NCBI GenBank assembly: GCA_017654855.1
Contig: JAFMPO010000001.1
Coordinates: forward strand, 124,001 to 188,000
DNA from: Podospora anserina
Taxonomy: Eukaryota
DNA: 64,000 nt
Reading direction: 5' to 3'
A program made the position numbers and the translations under genes. This document shows positions 12,482-25,060 of this stretch, piece after piece; position 1 is the stretch's first letter; each line of letters opens with the position of its first letter. The notes beneath the pieces were generated by a model. The model was not told where the DNA came from and did no database searches. It was given only the letters and a program-made list of their open reading frames with translations.

Positions 12482-12879
12482 TCAAACATTAAAGTAGCAC
12501 CTCATGCTCCCCGAGTTCTGATTGAACGCGGTGCAAGAGTACGACCCACTGGAGCCCACGCTCTGTTTCTCGTCTCTGCAGTTCTCGTCGGAATAGATGC
12601 TGCAGGTGGTTGACTTGAAGCCGGCGCCGACCCGCACGCGCGTCAGCCCGACCGAGCGGATGGAGCTGTCGAGCTTGATGCAAGGGCTGGTGCCGCTGAA
12701 ACCTTCGTGGGAACCGGTGTGAGGGCACTTGCAGTTGCTAAGAAGACTGTTAGTGGTGGCAGTTTTGGGTTCATGGAAGCAGATGACACTTACCCGCAAG
12801 TGTGCCACCAGACGCTACCGTTGGCGGCGACGGTGAGGCAGCTGGCAGCTGCCAGGAGGAGGTACTTGGCGCTGACCAT
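12482..12879 (-). CDS. Small secreted cysteine-rich protein, 2 exons
   Basis: Signal peptide MVSAKYLLLAAASCLTVAA. Intron GTAAGT...CTAAC...TAG at about 12794-12738. Eight Cys in the mature region; TATAAAA upstream on the minus strand at about 12985. Confidence 0.8.
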
Positions 12880-13599
12880 TTTGGGCGAGTGAAGTTGCTT
12901 GTTGACGGTTGAGGAGAAAGGGTTGATGGGGCTGTTGATGGAAAGAGAGGGGAAGAGGGAGAAAAGCTGCTGATGCAATGGCTTTTATAGGTACTCCCCC
13001 GACTTTTGCGATGCTCAGGACTTCACCTCGCTTGAGGGAATGATACCTGATTGGGAAGGTTGAAGGTATGATCAGCATCTCACCAGCGATGATACCCCCA
13101 GCAAGTTATCCCATCGCGACTCCCCCTTAATTGCTTCCATGCCTGGGCCCCCCTGTGGGTGTGACTCTACCCCATCGACAACGTTGTTCGCAGTCAGCAC
13201 TACCAACGTCAAAAGGAAGCTCGTAAAAGCCAGCTTTAACCCCTGCGCGTTGATCTAGCTCTAGATATGTGCTGACAAGTTGATTCCCATTGAGTGACTG
13301 GAGCTCACAATACCGTATCAGACAATCTTGGGGTTTCTCTCAACAAGACACTTGATCTCCAGGGGCACATCCACCGCTGCTTATTTTAGTCATCATCACT
13401 TTAGGTAGGTAGTTTTGACTGGATTGCTGACTGATGTCAGCTTACAATGTACCAGCCATGACACGGATCCTTACTATGTCTTCGCCTTCTATCCACTGGC
13501 AGGCTTTCATGGTGATGCTCCGGGTTGCTGCATTTGGCTATCTGCCATTAATCTGGATTCGTCTCCTGTACTTAGGATACCTGAGCTAAACGACTTGAA

Positions 13600-13985
13600 A
13601 AACGCTAGCTGAGTCTGGATAACGGCCTTTTAAATCAGGGATAACATGGCTCATAGGTCGGATTACGATGCTCTTAAAGACTACGCGTTGAGGTTGTGGT
13701 AATACTCTGGAGTTAGGATAACAGCTGTTTTTAAGAAGGTAGGAGTAAAGCCCTGTGAAGTTGAGTTAATGTGGACACCTCAGCTGAGATAATGCGATAT
13801 GAAGCTCGGATAAGGTGATATAAAACTGGAGCAAAAGTATTCTAAAGTTGAGATAACTAGGTAATATCTTAGCTGAGAAAATGCCCTTTAGGCTGGGATA
13901 ATATATAGCTTAAGCTGGGGTAAAGCATGCCTGATGCTGAGATAGTGTCCGCTTGATGCTAGGATGAAGCTCAGAAGAAGAGAAA
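13600..13985 (+). repeat. Degenerate ~21-nt periodic array (core AGCTGRGATAA)
   Basis: Units agctgagataatgc, agctcggataagg, agttgagataact, agctgagaaaatg, ggctgggataat, agctggggtaaag and tgctgagatagt at roughly 21-26 nt spacing. Confidence 0.55.
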
Positions 13986-13999
13986 AGAACTCCAAACGG

Positions 14000-16405
14000 C
14001 TAGTACATGTAAACCCCACCCGGGAATGCCCTTCCTCCCCTAGCCCGAACCAGCGCGGATGCATCCACCCTCTCCCGCGCCGTTGTGCCACGGGCCAGCG
14101 CTTGATTCCGGCCGTCAGTCGTGAAGAGAATCTTGGACACCCGACTCGAGTCCTGCATGTGCTCACGCAAGAGTTTAATGAAATTCAAAAGGTGCCCCAT
14201 GCTCTCCCTGTCCCCTGCAAACTGCAGCCCATCAATGACCCAACTGATCACAGGGGGTGTGTACACAAGCAGCGCCTTGATGATGTTTAACGCCGTGGGA
14301 AGGCTGTGCAAGGTCCCGTCAAGCTTCGCGAATTGGTCACCGTGGAGGCTCTTGCCTGCTGTGAAGCCTTCTCTGGGAAGCACCCAGGCAAGTTGGCGGA
14401 TGGTGGAGCAGAAGAGGGATACGACTGCCGCGTCTCTGTGGGATAATGTCGGCTTGCTGGCACTGCTCCCGCTCCTGCCACTGCCACTGCCAGCGAAGCT
14501 GTATCGGGACCTGCAAAAGTACGAAATGCAAGGAATACCGGCGTTCATGACTCCATCGGCAGCTTCGATGGCGGCTTTAGAAAGCACAGAACTACCCGGG
14601 GAGGATGGGCCTTCCACCCACATCATTCGGGAGCCAGAGTCAGATATCCAGTTGCTGAGTTGGGTGTACACTTCTTGCGGGATCATGGTTGTTTGTGGGT
14701 GGGACTCGGCTCTCAGGAACTCTTCGGCACTCTCGATGTAGGGCCTGAGGGCTTCGGTGTATTGTTGGATTCGCCAATAGTCGGGCATTGTGGGTTCTGC
14801 TGGCCACGATTAGGTTAGTCAAGTTCTGAGCGTGTGCATGTGGTCCAAGGGAGGATATCACCGCTGGTTATTATGTCCTTTGAAGGGTTCGTCGATTGTC
14901 CTTCGCTGGGAAGTCTCGCCATGGCGTGGGATTTCGGCATTTCTGGCTCGTTTGCTGGCTCGTCAACTGTTAAGGCGGGCGGGACGTTTGAGGATTGCTG
15001 TGGGGATTGGAAAGTAACGTCTGTAAGGTTGAAACTCGTTGGTTAACTGCAGAAGCAAAAGAGAACCACGCGCAGCATTATATAGCTACACAGGTGGAAG
15101 TCGGGAGAGGCAATGGAGGCGGCAACTCAAGAGTGAGCTGACACTCTGTGACGGTGATTCATGCCCCGCGGCACATTCGAGGCCTCGTGGCCTTTTTATG
15201 GGTTTAGGATGATAGAAAATCGCCAACTTACCGTGAGTGACTTGGTCCTCGACACCTTCAAGCTGATGTACAGCTTTCTCTCCCAATCTCTGAAGCCCAA
15301 CTGCTGCCGCGGCAAGTTTCACGTTGACCTGCTGCTCGGTGTCCGCGTGAGTCTGAACTCCAAGTTGTTGCAGCCTGACCAAAAGTGGTTCCATGTCGTT
15401 CATTTTTTGGTGCATGTGCTCGATACGCAGCTCAGTCGTATGTTGTGCCTCGTTGCGGATGTCGCCGATCGTCTTTTGGATGCCGTCGACCATGGCCTTG
15501 ACCGTCTTATCATAGAATCCTTTGTTGAATGACGCCAGAAATCTCTTGTGGCGTTTGTGGAAGAAGGACATGGCGTGGCAGAGGAACTTGAACACTTGGA
15601 CGTATAGCGCCACAACAAGCCTTTGCATTTCATTTGTGTTCGCAACTTGTGTTTTCTTCTGCACAAATGTCAGGTTCTCACTCATTTCCACAAGGGCAAG
15701 TGAGAATCCCTCAGCAATCTTCTGGTAATTGACCGAGGCCTGCAATAAGTTGCACCATTAGTAAAAGCGATGACAGGCATGGGCAGGGGTAATGCTCTCA
15801 AACCTTGACGACGGATGCCACAACCCCAGTGAGGAGGCTGATGTACTTGTCCTCGGCCGGAACAAACTTGAACAAGAATGAATGATCATCCATTGTCTCC
15901 ATGAAGCGGAGAAGCCGATTTCTGGCGAGGCCAACGCCAGACTCATGCTTGGCCTCCCAACCAAGACGGGCGTCATTGACTGCCGCTTGCAAAGTTGCAA
16001 TGCTGGGAAGTGGCGAGTGAGCGGCCCCGGATGTTAATTCTCCTGGAGGGACGAAGAGCCTTTGAAACTCCTGCCAAACTCGAATCAACTCTTTGCGCTG
16101 TTGCTCTAGCGGATCGAAAATTGGATCACTGTTAGCCGTAGTCAGTTCATGCAGACGTGTAGACACACGGATGGGCCGTTGGCATATCCCTATGTTGTAA
16201 CATACCTAGAGCAGTCACTTTGGAGCCAATAAACCCACTCCTGAGCTTTAACACGTTGAATACTCGGTCGATGGCCTGCCTGTTGAACTGTGGAACCGAG
16301 TGCTTGAGAGAGAGGGTCTTCTGGGTTTTCTTTTTCGACTTTGAGACTGTAGGAACGAACTGCTGGTGTGATGGGTGTTGGATCCTCCTCTCTGATATCG
16401 TTCAT
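14000..16405 (-). CDS. Goodbye-like N-terminal domain + degenerate NACHT-like domain, no C-terminal repeats; multi-exon (middle exons uncertain)
   Basis: FMETMDDHSFLFKFVPAEDKYISLLTGVVASVVK|ASVNYQKIAEGFSLAL...LYVQVFKFLCHAM is Goodbye-like. Later: LSNWISDSGSRMMWVEGP (Walker A position lacking GKT), ISYFC, LFCSTIRQL, WVIDGLQ, KILFTTDG. GT-AG introns at about 16205-16129, 15803-15741 and from 15231. Confidence 0.7.
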
Positions 16406-16454
16406 GGCTAGGTGAGTTGTGAGGGTGAGTTTTGAGAGGTGGATCACGATAAAA

Positions 16455-16690
16455 GCCGAGATAATGGATATTAGAAGTTGGGGTAGAGTATCAAAAGAGT
16501 TGGGATAAGCTCTTGAAAAAGCTGGGGCATATATGAAATAAGATTGGATAAAGTGTTAGAAAGCTGGAGTAGAGTTTTAAAAAGTTTAGATAAACAGAAG
16601 CTAGGATGGAGGGTAAAAATGCTTGGACAAAGTGTTAAAAAACCGGGGCTAAGTCTTAAAAAGTATGGATGGAGTGTTAAAGCAGCGGTA
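16455..16690 (+). repeat. Degenerate 21-nt tandem array (consensus ~AAGCTGGGATAAAGTGTTAAA) in the divergent promoter
   Basis: Units aagctggggcatatatgaaat / aagattggataaagtgttaga / aagctggagtagagttttaaa / aagctaggatggagggtaaaa / atgcttggacaaagtgttaaa / aaaccggggctaagtcttaaa / aagtatggatggagtgttaaa. Confidence 0.65.
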
Positions 16691-16943
16691 TAAGTACTAT
16701 AAGGAGAAAAGGCAGAGCCGCACGGCCACCCACAAGGAATTAAGTGTGCACAAATTTTCCAACCAACCAATTGGCCAGTGATTTCAGGCAGCACTGTGGC
16801 GCAGGCGCCAACTGCGACTCCTTGGGGTAACATGAAGTTCGGGGGTGAGGGGTAACTTTTCTGGGGGGACTCGAGGGAATAGCGATTTTATCCCCACCCA
16901 TTTTCTTTCGCCACCATGTATCTCCGGGAGTGTCGTCAATGAT

Positions 16944-19900
16944 ATGTCTGGTAGTTCCGGTTATCAATCTTTAGGTTACTCGAAAGATTTCCCTATGGCT
17001 TCTTTGCAACCCCCCTCCAGCACATCGGTGGAGCAACCGGTCCCGCCGAAGGATTGTGGACTGTCCACAGGCAAAACAACAACGCCAGAAGCCATTCACG
17101 AGCCTTATTTGGATGATCTGGGCGACAAGCCTCCGCCGCCGGGCGCCGTAGAAGACGGCAAGACACCCAACGGCCAAACAGAGAAAGCCACCCCCGAGAC
17201 ATCGAAGCCCGGCGCTGAAACATGGAGCTCACCGGTGCCCTTGTATTGCACAGTCAACGGACGAAGCCATAGCATATTAACGGACTTTGGGTTAAATATA
17301 TGTCCTCGTTGTGATATAAATCTCTTGGAGACACCGCGCCGAGGTGTAACGGATGATCAAGCAGGGCCTGCCGAGAGCGCTGACGGTAGCGCTGACGAGA
17401 GCGCCGACGAGAGAGACGATGGTTTGACAGACAAGGATTACAACCCGGCATGCAATTGCCCTCATTGCAATGGATTCCGTCTTCGCAAACGTTTCGAGCA
17501 CGTCCCGCTTCGTCAGCAGGAAACGGGCGAAGAACATAACCAGCAACCAATGGTGGCATACTCGGTGGAATATATCGACCGCGAGGAAGGACATATCGGC
17601 ATACGTCCCTGGCCGACGACGTTTGACCTCGATGTCGCCCGGCAGGGTGTCTTGAAGTACAAAGCCTCAGTCTTTAGCGTGGTAACTGTGCTGAAGACCT
17701 CCCATGCGCCCGAGGTCTTTCGTTACATCTCAGACGACCTCAGGCGTGACAGGGTGTCTCGCATGATGGAAGATCCCGGCGTCACAGTGAACGTGCACGC
17801 AACAAAAATTGTAGTTGGGTCGCAGGCTCTCCTAAAAGCTCTCCGAATGGTAGTGCGTTACTACCCCCAACTCGATCTTGAAGGCAGGTCTTTGGAGTTG
17901 GATGAGCCTTACGCGGTCATCGGTCATCATTTGGAAGAGCTCGAGAGCCTTCGTGGGGATATAGGGGCTGAGAAGCACGCGCCAGATTCCATTCCGAGAG
18001 TCGCGTCAGAACCTGGGGCGGATGATGATGAGGACTTGAACGCAAAGGCAGGAGAGCATCTTGGATTGCTCCTCGACTATCTCCACGCCAACGTTTACAA
18101 GGACAGGATACCAGCTGAACGCAGCCTGCACCAGCGAAATCTTTGCACCTTCGAGATGCTGTGGCTCTTGTTCAAGCCCGGCACCACTGTTTACGTGGAA
18201 TTTCGAGGTAACCTTGCGGCTCATGTGGTCCAATCGGTGGTGTCTGATGCCGCTATTCTTTCCGACCCGAAACAACGACTCACGCCATACAAGATCAGGT
18301 TGTGGTCGCTGACATATGACGGGCGGTTTGTTGGCCGAAGCTCAACGGAGGTGGTTCTTCCTCCATTTGGCGGGGAGCGTGCAATCACATCCTTGAAGGT
18401 CTTTCCGTGCGAGTATTTCGATATGAGCGACGGCGGGAAAACCAAAAGGCGGTTAGAGGAGAATGGTAAAAAATGGTACAACCTTTTGCTTGGGAAACAA
18501 GTACGTTACCGGGGTGAGCTGTTCGATAAAGGCTCCTTAGAAGCCAGAGACAGCCTCAGGATGAGGGAGAGGATCGGCCCAAATCCCTCAAAGGGCCCGA
18601 ATCGCGAACAGTTACCGCCACCACCACCACCGCCGCCGTGGATTCCCCCGCCCATGGATCCGTTTATGCGAGGGGCTTCACGAGAAGTTACAAGACAAGG
18701 GCCGGTATGTGACTTATTGACTTCGCTTCTTCCTAGCCTCGTTAGATCCAATGCTAATTTAAATTAATCCGCAAACTATCTAGCTTGATGGCAGGGTCTA
18801 CATAGACTCTGCGGCTTATTACACTCAATGGCCTGGGGCGGCACCGGAAATTTGCAATACTAACGACATTGGACAGAACTTGGCTATGTGTGGCTGTGAA
18901 GAATGGTAAGCCTACCCTACATAGGTACCTACTAGGTACCTTTCTGGTTCAACGTTGACAGAATAATGTATCTGACATGGCTTAAAACAGTTACGGGAGA
19001 AGACCCCATCCTCCGCCGAACTTTCCTTATGCGTCCTATGACTTGTTGGATCCCACCCGCGTGAAGGATCTCAATCTCGGACCTGGAGATCACGATCCCA
19101 ACCACAGATACTTGCTCTGCGACTCGCTTCTGTACGGTATCGTGCTGAAGTCCAGAACCTGGGGTATGTGGTCCAATGATGCTGAGAAGCTCTTGTACAT
19201 CTCGTTAACTTGTATCAAATCACTCCAGAGGCTTTTGACGTGGCCCGCTGCTTCGAGCCGAATATCAACCCGGGTGCTATCGATACATTGGTGATGCCAG
19301 CTCCCCGGAAACAGATGATCAAGGCCCTGGTGCAGAAATTTACCGACCCAAAAGACAGTTTAGCTACGTCCTGGCGCGCCGACTTCATCGAAAACAAGGG
19401 GGAGGGTCAGATATTCCTACTTCATGGTGGCCCCGGCGTTGGGAAGACATATGTAAGTTGGGCCTCAGTTCATTTCCGAGAGCTCACGAATAACAAGCAA
19501 TGTCTTGTATCAGACCGCAGAATGTATTGCCGAATACACGAATCGTCCACTGCTCTCCCTCACCTGTGGCGATATCGGCATCAACGAAATCAGAATGGAG
19601 CAGCAGCTCTCAAAGTGGTTCAGACTTGCTGAAAAATGGGGGGCTGTCATGCTGATTGACGAGGCCGACGTTTATCTCGAGCGACGCGTTGTTAGTGATC
19701 TTGAACGCAATAGTCTTGTGTCGGGTATGCTCCATTTGCAATTTTATTTCACAATGCATCATGCTTTGATGGCGACATCGATGATAAAGCTAACAGAATT
19801 CTCGGAAAGTCTTCCTTCGTTGCATCGAATACTACAGGGGCATCTTGTTCTTGACCACCAATCGTGTAGGGCATTTTGATGATGCCTTCATTTCCAGAAT

Positions 19901-20380
19901 TCACGTTGTCATCAAGTATGATCCTCTCAGCGAAGACAACCGCCGCCAAATCTGGACACAGTTCTTCGACAAACTCACCGACGAGCGTCAGGATTTCATC
20001 ATCACTGGGCGTGCCAAACAGTACGTTTTGGAGGATGATATCATTAAAAAGCTCGAATGGAATGGCCGTGAAATCCGGAATGGTAAGTCCAGTTGATCCA
20101 GTTCACTGGCAACGTCATCGACAGGTGCTAACAAGACTTTCAATGAACAGCTTTCCAAACGGCAGTGGCCCTGGCGGAATTCCGTTTCCTACAGAAAGGT
20201 GACAAGTCCAAGCATGAAGGCCCAACCCTGGACCAGAAAGACTTTGAGCAGGTGTGCGACATGACAAGGCAGTTCAAGGAGTATCTTCATGATCTCCACG
20301 GGCTCGATGAGGAGGGCAGGGCCTACAATGCCAGAGCGAGGGCAGGCAACCAGGACTGGGTAAGGAGTACCGCGAAGTAA
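16944..20380 (+). CDS. Fungal AAA+ ATPase with a long N-terminal region, multi-exon
   Basis: CTFEMLWLLFKPG and WSLTYDGRFVG (conserved N-terminal block of this family); Walker A LLHGGPGVGKTY|TAE; Walker B MLIDEADVYL; FLTTNRVGHFDDAFISRIH; WNGREIRN. Several GT-AG introns. Start codon uncertain. Confidence 0.88.
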
Positions 20381-20782
20381 CAATCAATATTCATTCATGA
20401 TGGTCAAAACATGTCCCTCAAGGTCCGTTGATTTGATGCAGTTATGTATGTCGTCAACAAATGTCACATGGCTTAGCATTATCATGTTGTCGCCACCTTC
20501 CAATCACGGAGGCGAAAACACCCACATGTTCCTGACGATCCCCCGCACCTTTTCCTTCAGCTCACTACCCTATCTCGATTCCAACAAGCACGTGGGTAAG
20601 AGACACACTCCAGCGTTACAGTCAACCACTTTCTCCCTCGTTCTAGTTTCTCAGCTTGCATCTATCATGCATGAGCTGGAAGGTGCCCACGTGCCCGACT
20701 GAGCACATAAATCGAATATGCCCTCCATGAGAACAGCAGACTTCCTCACTCTCACTACCAATTGCACGTCTCCGCCAGAGTC

Positions 20783-22472
20783 ATGGCCCTCCTGCGCAGA
20801 TTAGGCGTCCTCGTCGTGTGGGCGAGCACGGCGCTCTCACACCCCCAGCCATCTCCTCCTCCTGTCTCCACAACAACATGTCAAGGCAAAACCTACACCT
20901 ACAACGAACTCGCTGGCTTCGGTTCCATCCCCTCTGACGCAAGAGACAAATTCGGCGACACCATCAGCATCGGCTCCTCAGCCGCGATCACCAACTGGAA
21001 AAAGCGAACCTCCATCACCGGCAGGAACAAACAAACATACTACACCGGCACCCTCTACGGCCTCCCAGACCGAGGCTGGAACACCCAAGGCACCCAAAAC
21101 ACCATCCCCCGCGTCCACACATTTGATGTAACCTTCACCCCCTCCCCCCCATCATCATCCCAATCCCCACCCCTCCCACCCAACCTCCTCTTCAAATACA
21201 AATCCACCATCCTCCTCACCTCCCCAACCGGCGACCCCCTCACCGGCGTCGACCCAGACAGCATCATCACCCTCCCCAACCTCCCCCCCCTCCCCGCATC
21301 AACCTTCCCCGGGGATGGCTTCGGCGGTCCAGGACCAGGTGGGAAACGCATCGCTATCGATGCCGAAGGTCTAGTCCTCAACGAAGACGGCACATTCTGG
21401 ATAAGCGACGAATACGGCCCGTACATCTACCTCTTCTCCCCCAGTGGGAAAATGCTTGATGTTATCGCGCCACCTGATGCTTTGCTGCCGTTGAGAAACG
21501 GCACCCTCAGTTTCAGCAGTGACAACGCCCCTATCTTTAACTCGGGCAAGCGGCCTGTTCCTGCTAACCCAAGTCAGGGACGGTCGAATAACCAGGGGTT
21601 TGAGGGGTTGACCGCCAGTCCTGATGGGAGGAAGCTGTGGGTTATGTTGCAGAGTGCGGGGAGGTTGGAGGGGGGTCAGAATGCTGCGACGAGGAGACAT
21701 GCTCGGTTGTTGAGGTATGATGTTGCCAAGGGTAAGGGGAAGGGGAAGGGGGGGAAGAAGGTGGAATATTCTGGCGAGTGGGTTGTGCCTTTGCCTACGT
21801 TTACCGATGGGCAAGGGAGGACGAGGGTGGCGGCGCAGAGTGAGATTAAGTATATCAGTGAGAAGCAGCTTCTGGTCCTGCCGAGGGATAGCGGGGTGGG
21901 TGCTTGCACGGATAGCCCGACGAGTGTGTACAGGCATGTGGATGTGATTGATATTGGGAGGGCGACGGATGTGAAGGGGGGGAGGTATGATGCGTTTAAT
22001 GCTTCGATTGCGGGTGCAGGTATGTGGTCTTACTTCTGATATGGGGGATGGATACCGACAAGGGTGAGAGCAGATGGTGTTTTGAAACCAGAGATAACAC
22101 CTGCCACGCTCTGCCCATGGATCGACTTCAACATCAACTCTCAGCTAAACAAGTTTGGGATGAGAAATGGACCGCCAGCGCTGCCAACAAAGAGCCTCTT
22201 GAACGAAAAGTGGGAGAGCTTGGTATTGGTTCCAGTGGACAATGGCAAGAAGGATGAGTACTTCCTGATTGCGATCTCTGATAATGACTTTATCACGCAG
22301 AATGGTAAGTTTTTGTTTTGGAGAGAAGACTTCGATGCAATGCTGACATTTATCAGGATTTATCAACAATGGCAAGATCCCTTACAAAGACGCGAGTGGG
22401 TGTAGCTTGGACCAACAGGCCTTGGTGTTCAGGGTGACATTGCCAAAGAAGAGTAAGCCTTTGATGGGATAG
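20783..22472 (+). CDS. Secreted phytase-like (esterase-like) beta-propeller protein, 3 exons
   Basis: Signal peptide; motifs LPDRGWN, IDAEGL, FWISDEYGPYIY, RSNNQGFEGL, AQSE, NEKWESL, SDNDF. Introns 22020-22073 and 22305-22356. Confidence 0.88.
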
Positions 22473-23041
22473 AATCAAGATTGAATCAAGGCAACATCAA
22501 CGATGATAGATGATCATCTCCTTTCCTTGTGCGCATACTTTGTGTTCCATTCAGGGGTTCAGGGGTAATTGTTATATGAGGGTTAGGGTAAGAGGAGACA
22601 AACAATTTGTTCCGCAATGCAGTGCCAGCATTTCCACGCTATCAAAACAAAAGAACCGTGCATGATATCTCTAGGTCCTCATTGGATGGACAACGAAGAA
22701 GAGAGCCTTGTGAACGGGGCGCCGAGGTTTCTTTGGCAGGCCTCCACAGGGCAGCCTTGGCATAACGTGCATGTAGTTCAGCTGCTATCGCGTTTCTATG
22801 CAAAGTAGGTGACGGGATGATAGTGTACAGATGCCGGTGTCATTTCGCTTCCTCTAGAATGGCACCAAGGGTCCATGCCAAGGGCTGACGCTTGAGCTTG
22901 TGTCCATAAACGTCCAGTTAAGGTTACATCGTTGGTTGGACTGTCTCGGCAGGGCAGAGGAGGCGCTCGCCTTAAATGCGCCAGAACGCCACCACCCGCG
23001 TCTATCCGTACTTGCAGTGCTTCAACCACCGATATCTCACC

Positions 23042-24472
23042 ATGGCACGAATGCGGTCGTTCGCGCGGCTTGTGGCTATAGCCAGTCTATCCCAAATAAC
23101 AGCGGCGAGTTTCTGGACTGCAACGGAGATATACGTCGAACGCCAATATGTCCGCCCTTATGGCTGCGACAGGCCTGGTGATTTCACTCAAACTATTGCC
23201 TCATGCACAAAAACAGAGACCGGGAGTCCTTTGCTAGTGACACATACAAGCCTACTACCCGACATAACACCAACCTCAACCACAACAAGCTATTATTCGT
23301 TCTGGGATCTGGACGTAGTCCAATACCATTATCCCACCGACGCATATCCCAAATCCGATCTGGCAACCTACGATGACTACGGACTTTCGACCCATACGTG
23401 GCTTGTCGACGTGACCTTGACCGCGCCAACGAGCTGCCCGACCCCCTTCGAATACACCACAGAAACCAACCTCAAGTATTGGGCATACGTTCCGTCAGTG
23501 CTGACCCCGATCATGAGCTCCAAAGCCAGCGTCGAAACACATGTCATGACACGGGTAGATGAAATGTATAGTTACGTCAGCCACAACTATGAACGGATAC
23601 TGTATACGACGACGTCGCACATGACCTACACGACTTTCCACGTCAAAGCAACCGACCTCCCCCCTATACGCAGGCCAGAATCGCAGGGCTCGACATACTA
23701 TGGTGACATCTACTACAACTACATGATGCACTGCTTCCTCCCAGGCGAAGAGGATCCCCGGATCAGAGCAGCCAATTGTCCTTACACCTACGCCGGACAA
23801 TGCAGCAAGATCAAGCCCTGGATCCTCATCCTCGCCATAGCCCTCCCTATCATCTTCCTCATCGGCTTTGTCGAAAACTACTTCTGGTTCACTCGCTTGA
23901 TGCAAGGAAAAGGCTGCTTCCGCTGCGGGACAGTGGCCTGGTGTTTTCTCATCTATCTGTTCATGATCTTCTTCATGGCATACGAACACAAGCGAAGTCC
24001 CGAAGATCAGGAACGGTTGAGGCTTCTGTGGAAGGGGATGCCTTTGGGGATGAGATTGAAGTTGTGGCTCGAGTGGGGGTTCAGACAGAAGTATCCTGAG
24101 CACTTGCTGGGGAGTCGGGTGCCGGTTAATGTGCAAGAGGGTATGGAGATGAGACAAACTGGTGGTGGTGGTGGAGGAGGAGGGGGTAGGGCGAGAGGGG
24201 GGGCGGGTAACTTGGACGGTGATATGCTTTTGCCTGCTTATCCTGGGCCTCCTTCGTCGAGCATTGGCGATGCTCATTCGATGGAGAGTGGGAACACTTC
24301 TGCCCACCGGGGCTTGGTCTTGGGCAATCCGAATGCGGTGCTTGGGCCTGTGCTGGGTTCTGGGTCTGTGGTCATTGGGCCGACGATGACTTCAGTGCAG
24401 CCGACGCCTGCTTCGCCGCGGCGGCAAGAGACGGATGAGAGGATAGGGGATGGCGTCATCAGGGCGGTTTAA
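23042..24472 (+). CDS. Secreted/membrane protein with a Thr/Tyr-rich ectodomain and two TM helices
   Basis: Long ORF with a signal-like N-terminus, TAPTSCPTPF, TM segments WILILAIALPIIFLIGFV and VAWCFLIYLFMIFFM, and a PAY motif in the tail. Confidence 0.8.
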   Translation: MARMRSFARLVAIASLSQITAASFWTATEIYVERQYVRPYGCDRPGDFTQTIASCTKTETGSPLLVTHTSLLPDITPTSTTTSYYSFWDLDVVQYHYPTDAYPKSDLATYDDYGLSTHTWLVDVTLTAPTSCPTPFEYTTETNLKYWAYVPSVLTPIMSSKASVETHVMTRVDEMYSYVSHNYERILYTTTSHMTYTTFHVKATDLPPIRRPESQGSTYYGDIYYNYMMHCFLPGEEDPRIRAANCPYTYAGQCSKIKPWILILAIALPIIFLIGFVENYFWFTRLMQGKGCFRCGTVAWCFLIYLFMIFFMAYEHKRSPEDQERLRLLWKGMPLGMRLKLWLEWGFRQKYPEHLLGSRVPVNVQEGMEMRQTGGGGGGGGGRARGGAGNLDGDMLLPAYPGPPSSSIGDAHSMESGNTSAHRGLVLGNPNAVLGPVLGSGSVVIGPTMTSVQPTPASPRRQETDERIGDGVIRAV

Positions 24473-25060
24473 AGGTTGCATACAGCAAACGTAATACTTA
24501 ATACCTTGTTGTTCAAGAGATGTTGATTCCATTGATGGAAAGCTTAACTACCTACCTAGTTGATACCCCTAGCTTACATAAATCATGTATTATTCTTGCG
24601 CAATCTGCTATAAAAGTGTGCAAATTTATGCCGTCAGACTGTCTGTGTTGAGCATGTTAGTCATGATGTGGGTACTGAAGAACAGGATCATGGCCCCATC
24701 ATATGAGTACCCAAGTCTGAGGGTCATTAAGGGGTCTCAGGAGGTCACGGGGCATATATTCAACCATCAATCCATCTGTGTCAAGTACTTACCTAGCTAC
24801 TTAGGTATTCAATCAAGCCCCTTAACCACATCTTTCAACAGCGGGGTTGGGAACATCGCCACGAAGCACGGATCAACACGACTTGTATTGTCACTACCAC
24901 TGGTGCTGGCATCTATCTAGGGTAGTCGGTTGTTCCTTTTCTCCCGGGAACTGTATACGTGTGCCCCTGACCAGTCCCCCCCATCTTCCATCGTCCATCG
25001 CCCAGCTCCGTCTTGTTCGAGGTCGCCATGCTAGGCACCTCAGGTAAGGTACCGAGGTAC

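Noticed and set aside
16471-16833. 120-aa Leu-rich minus-strand ORF
   Set aside because: It is explained by the 21-nt array, has a non-ATG start and lies in the promoter gap.
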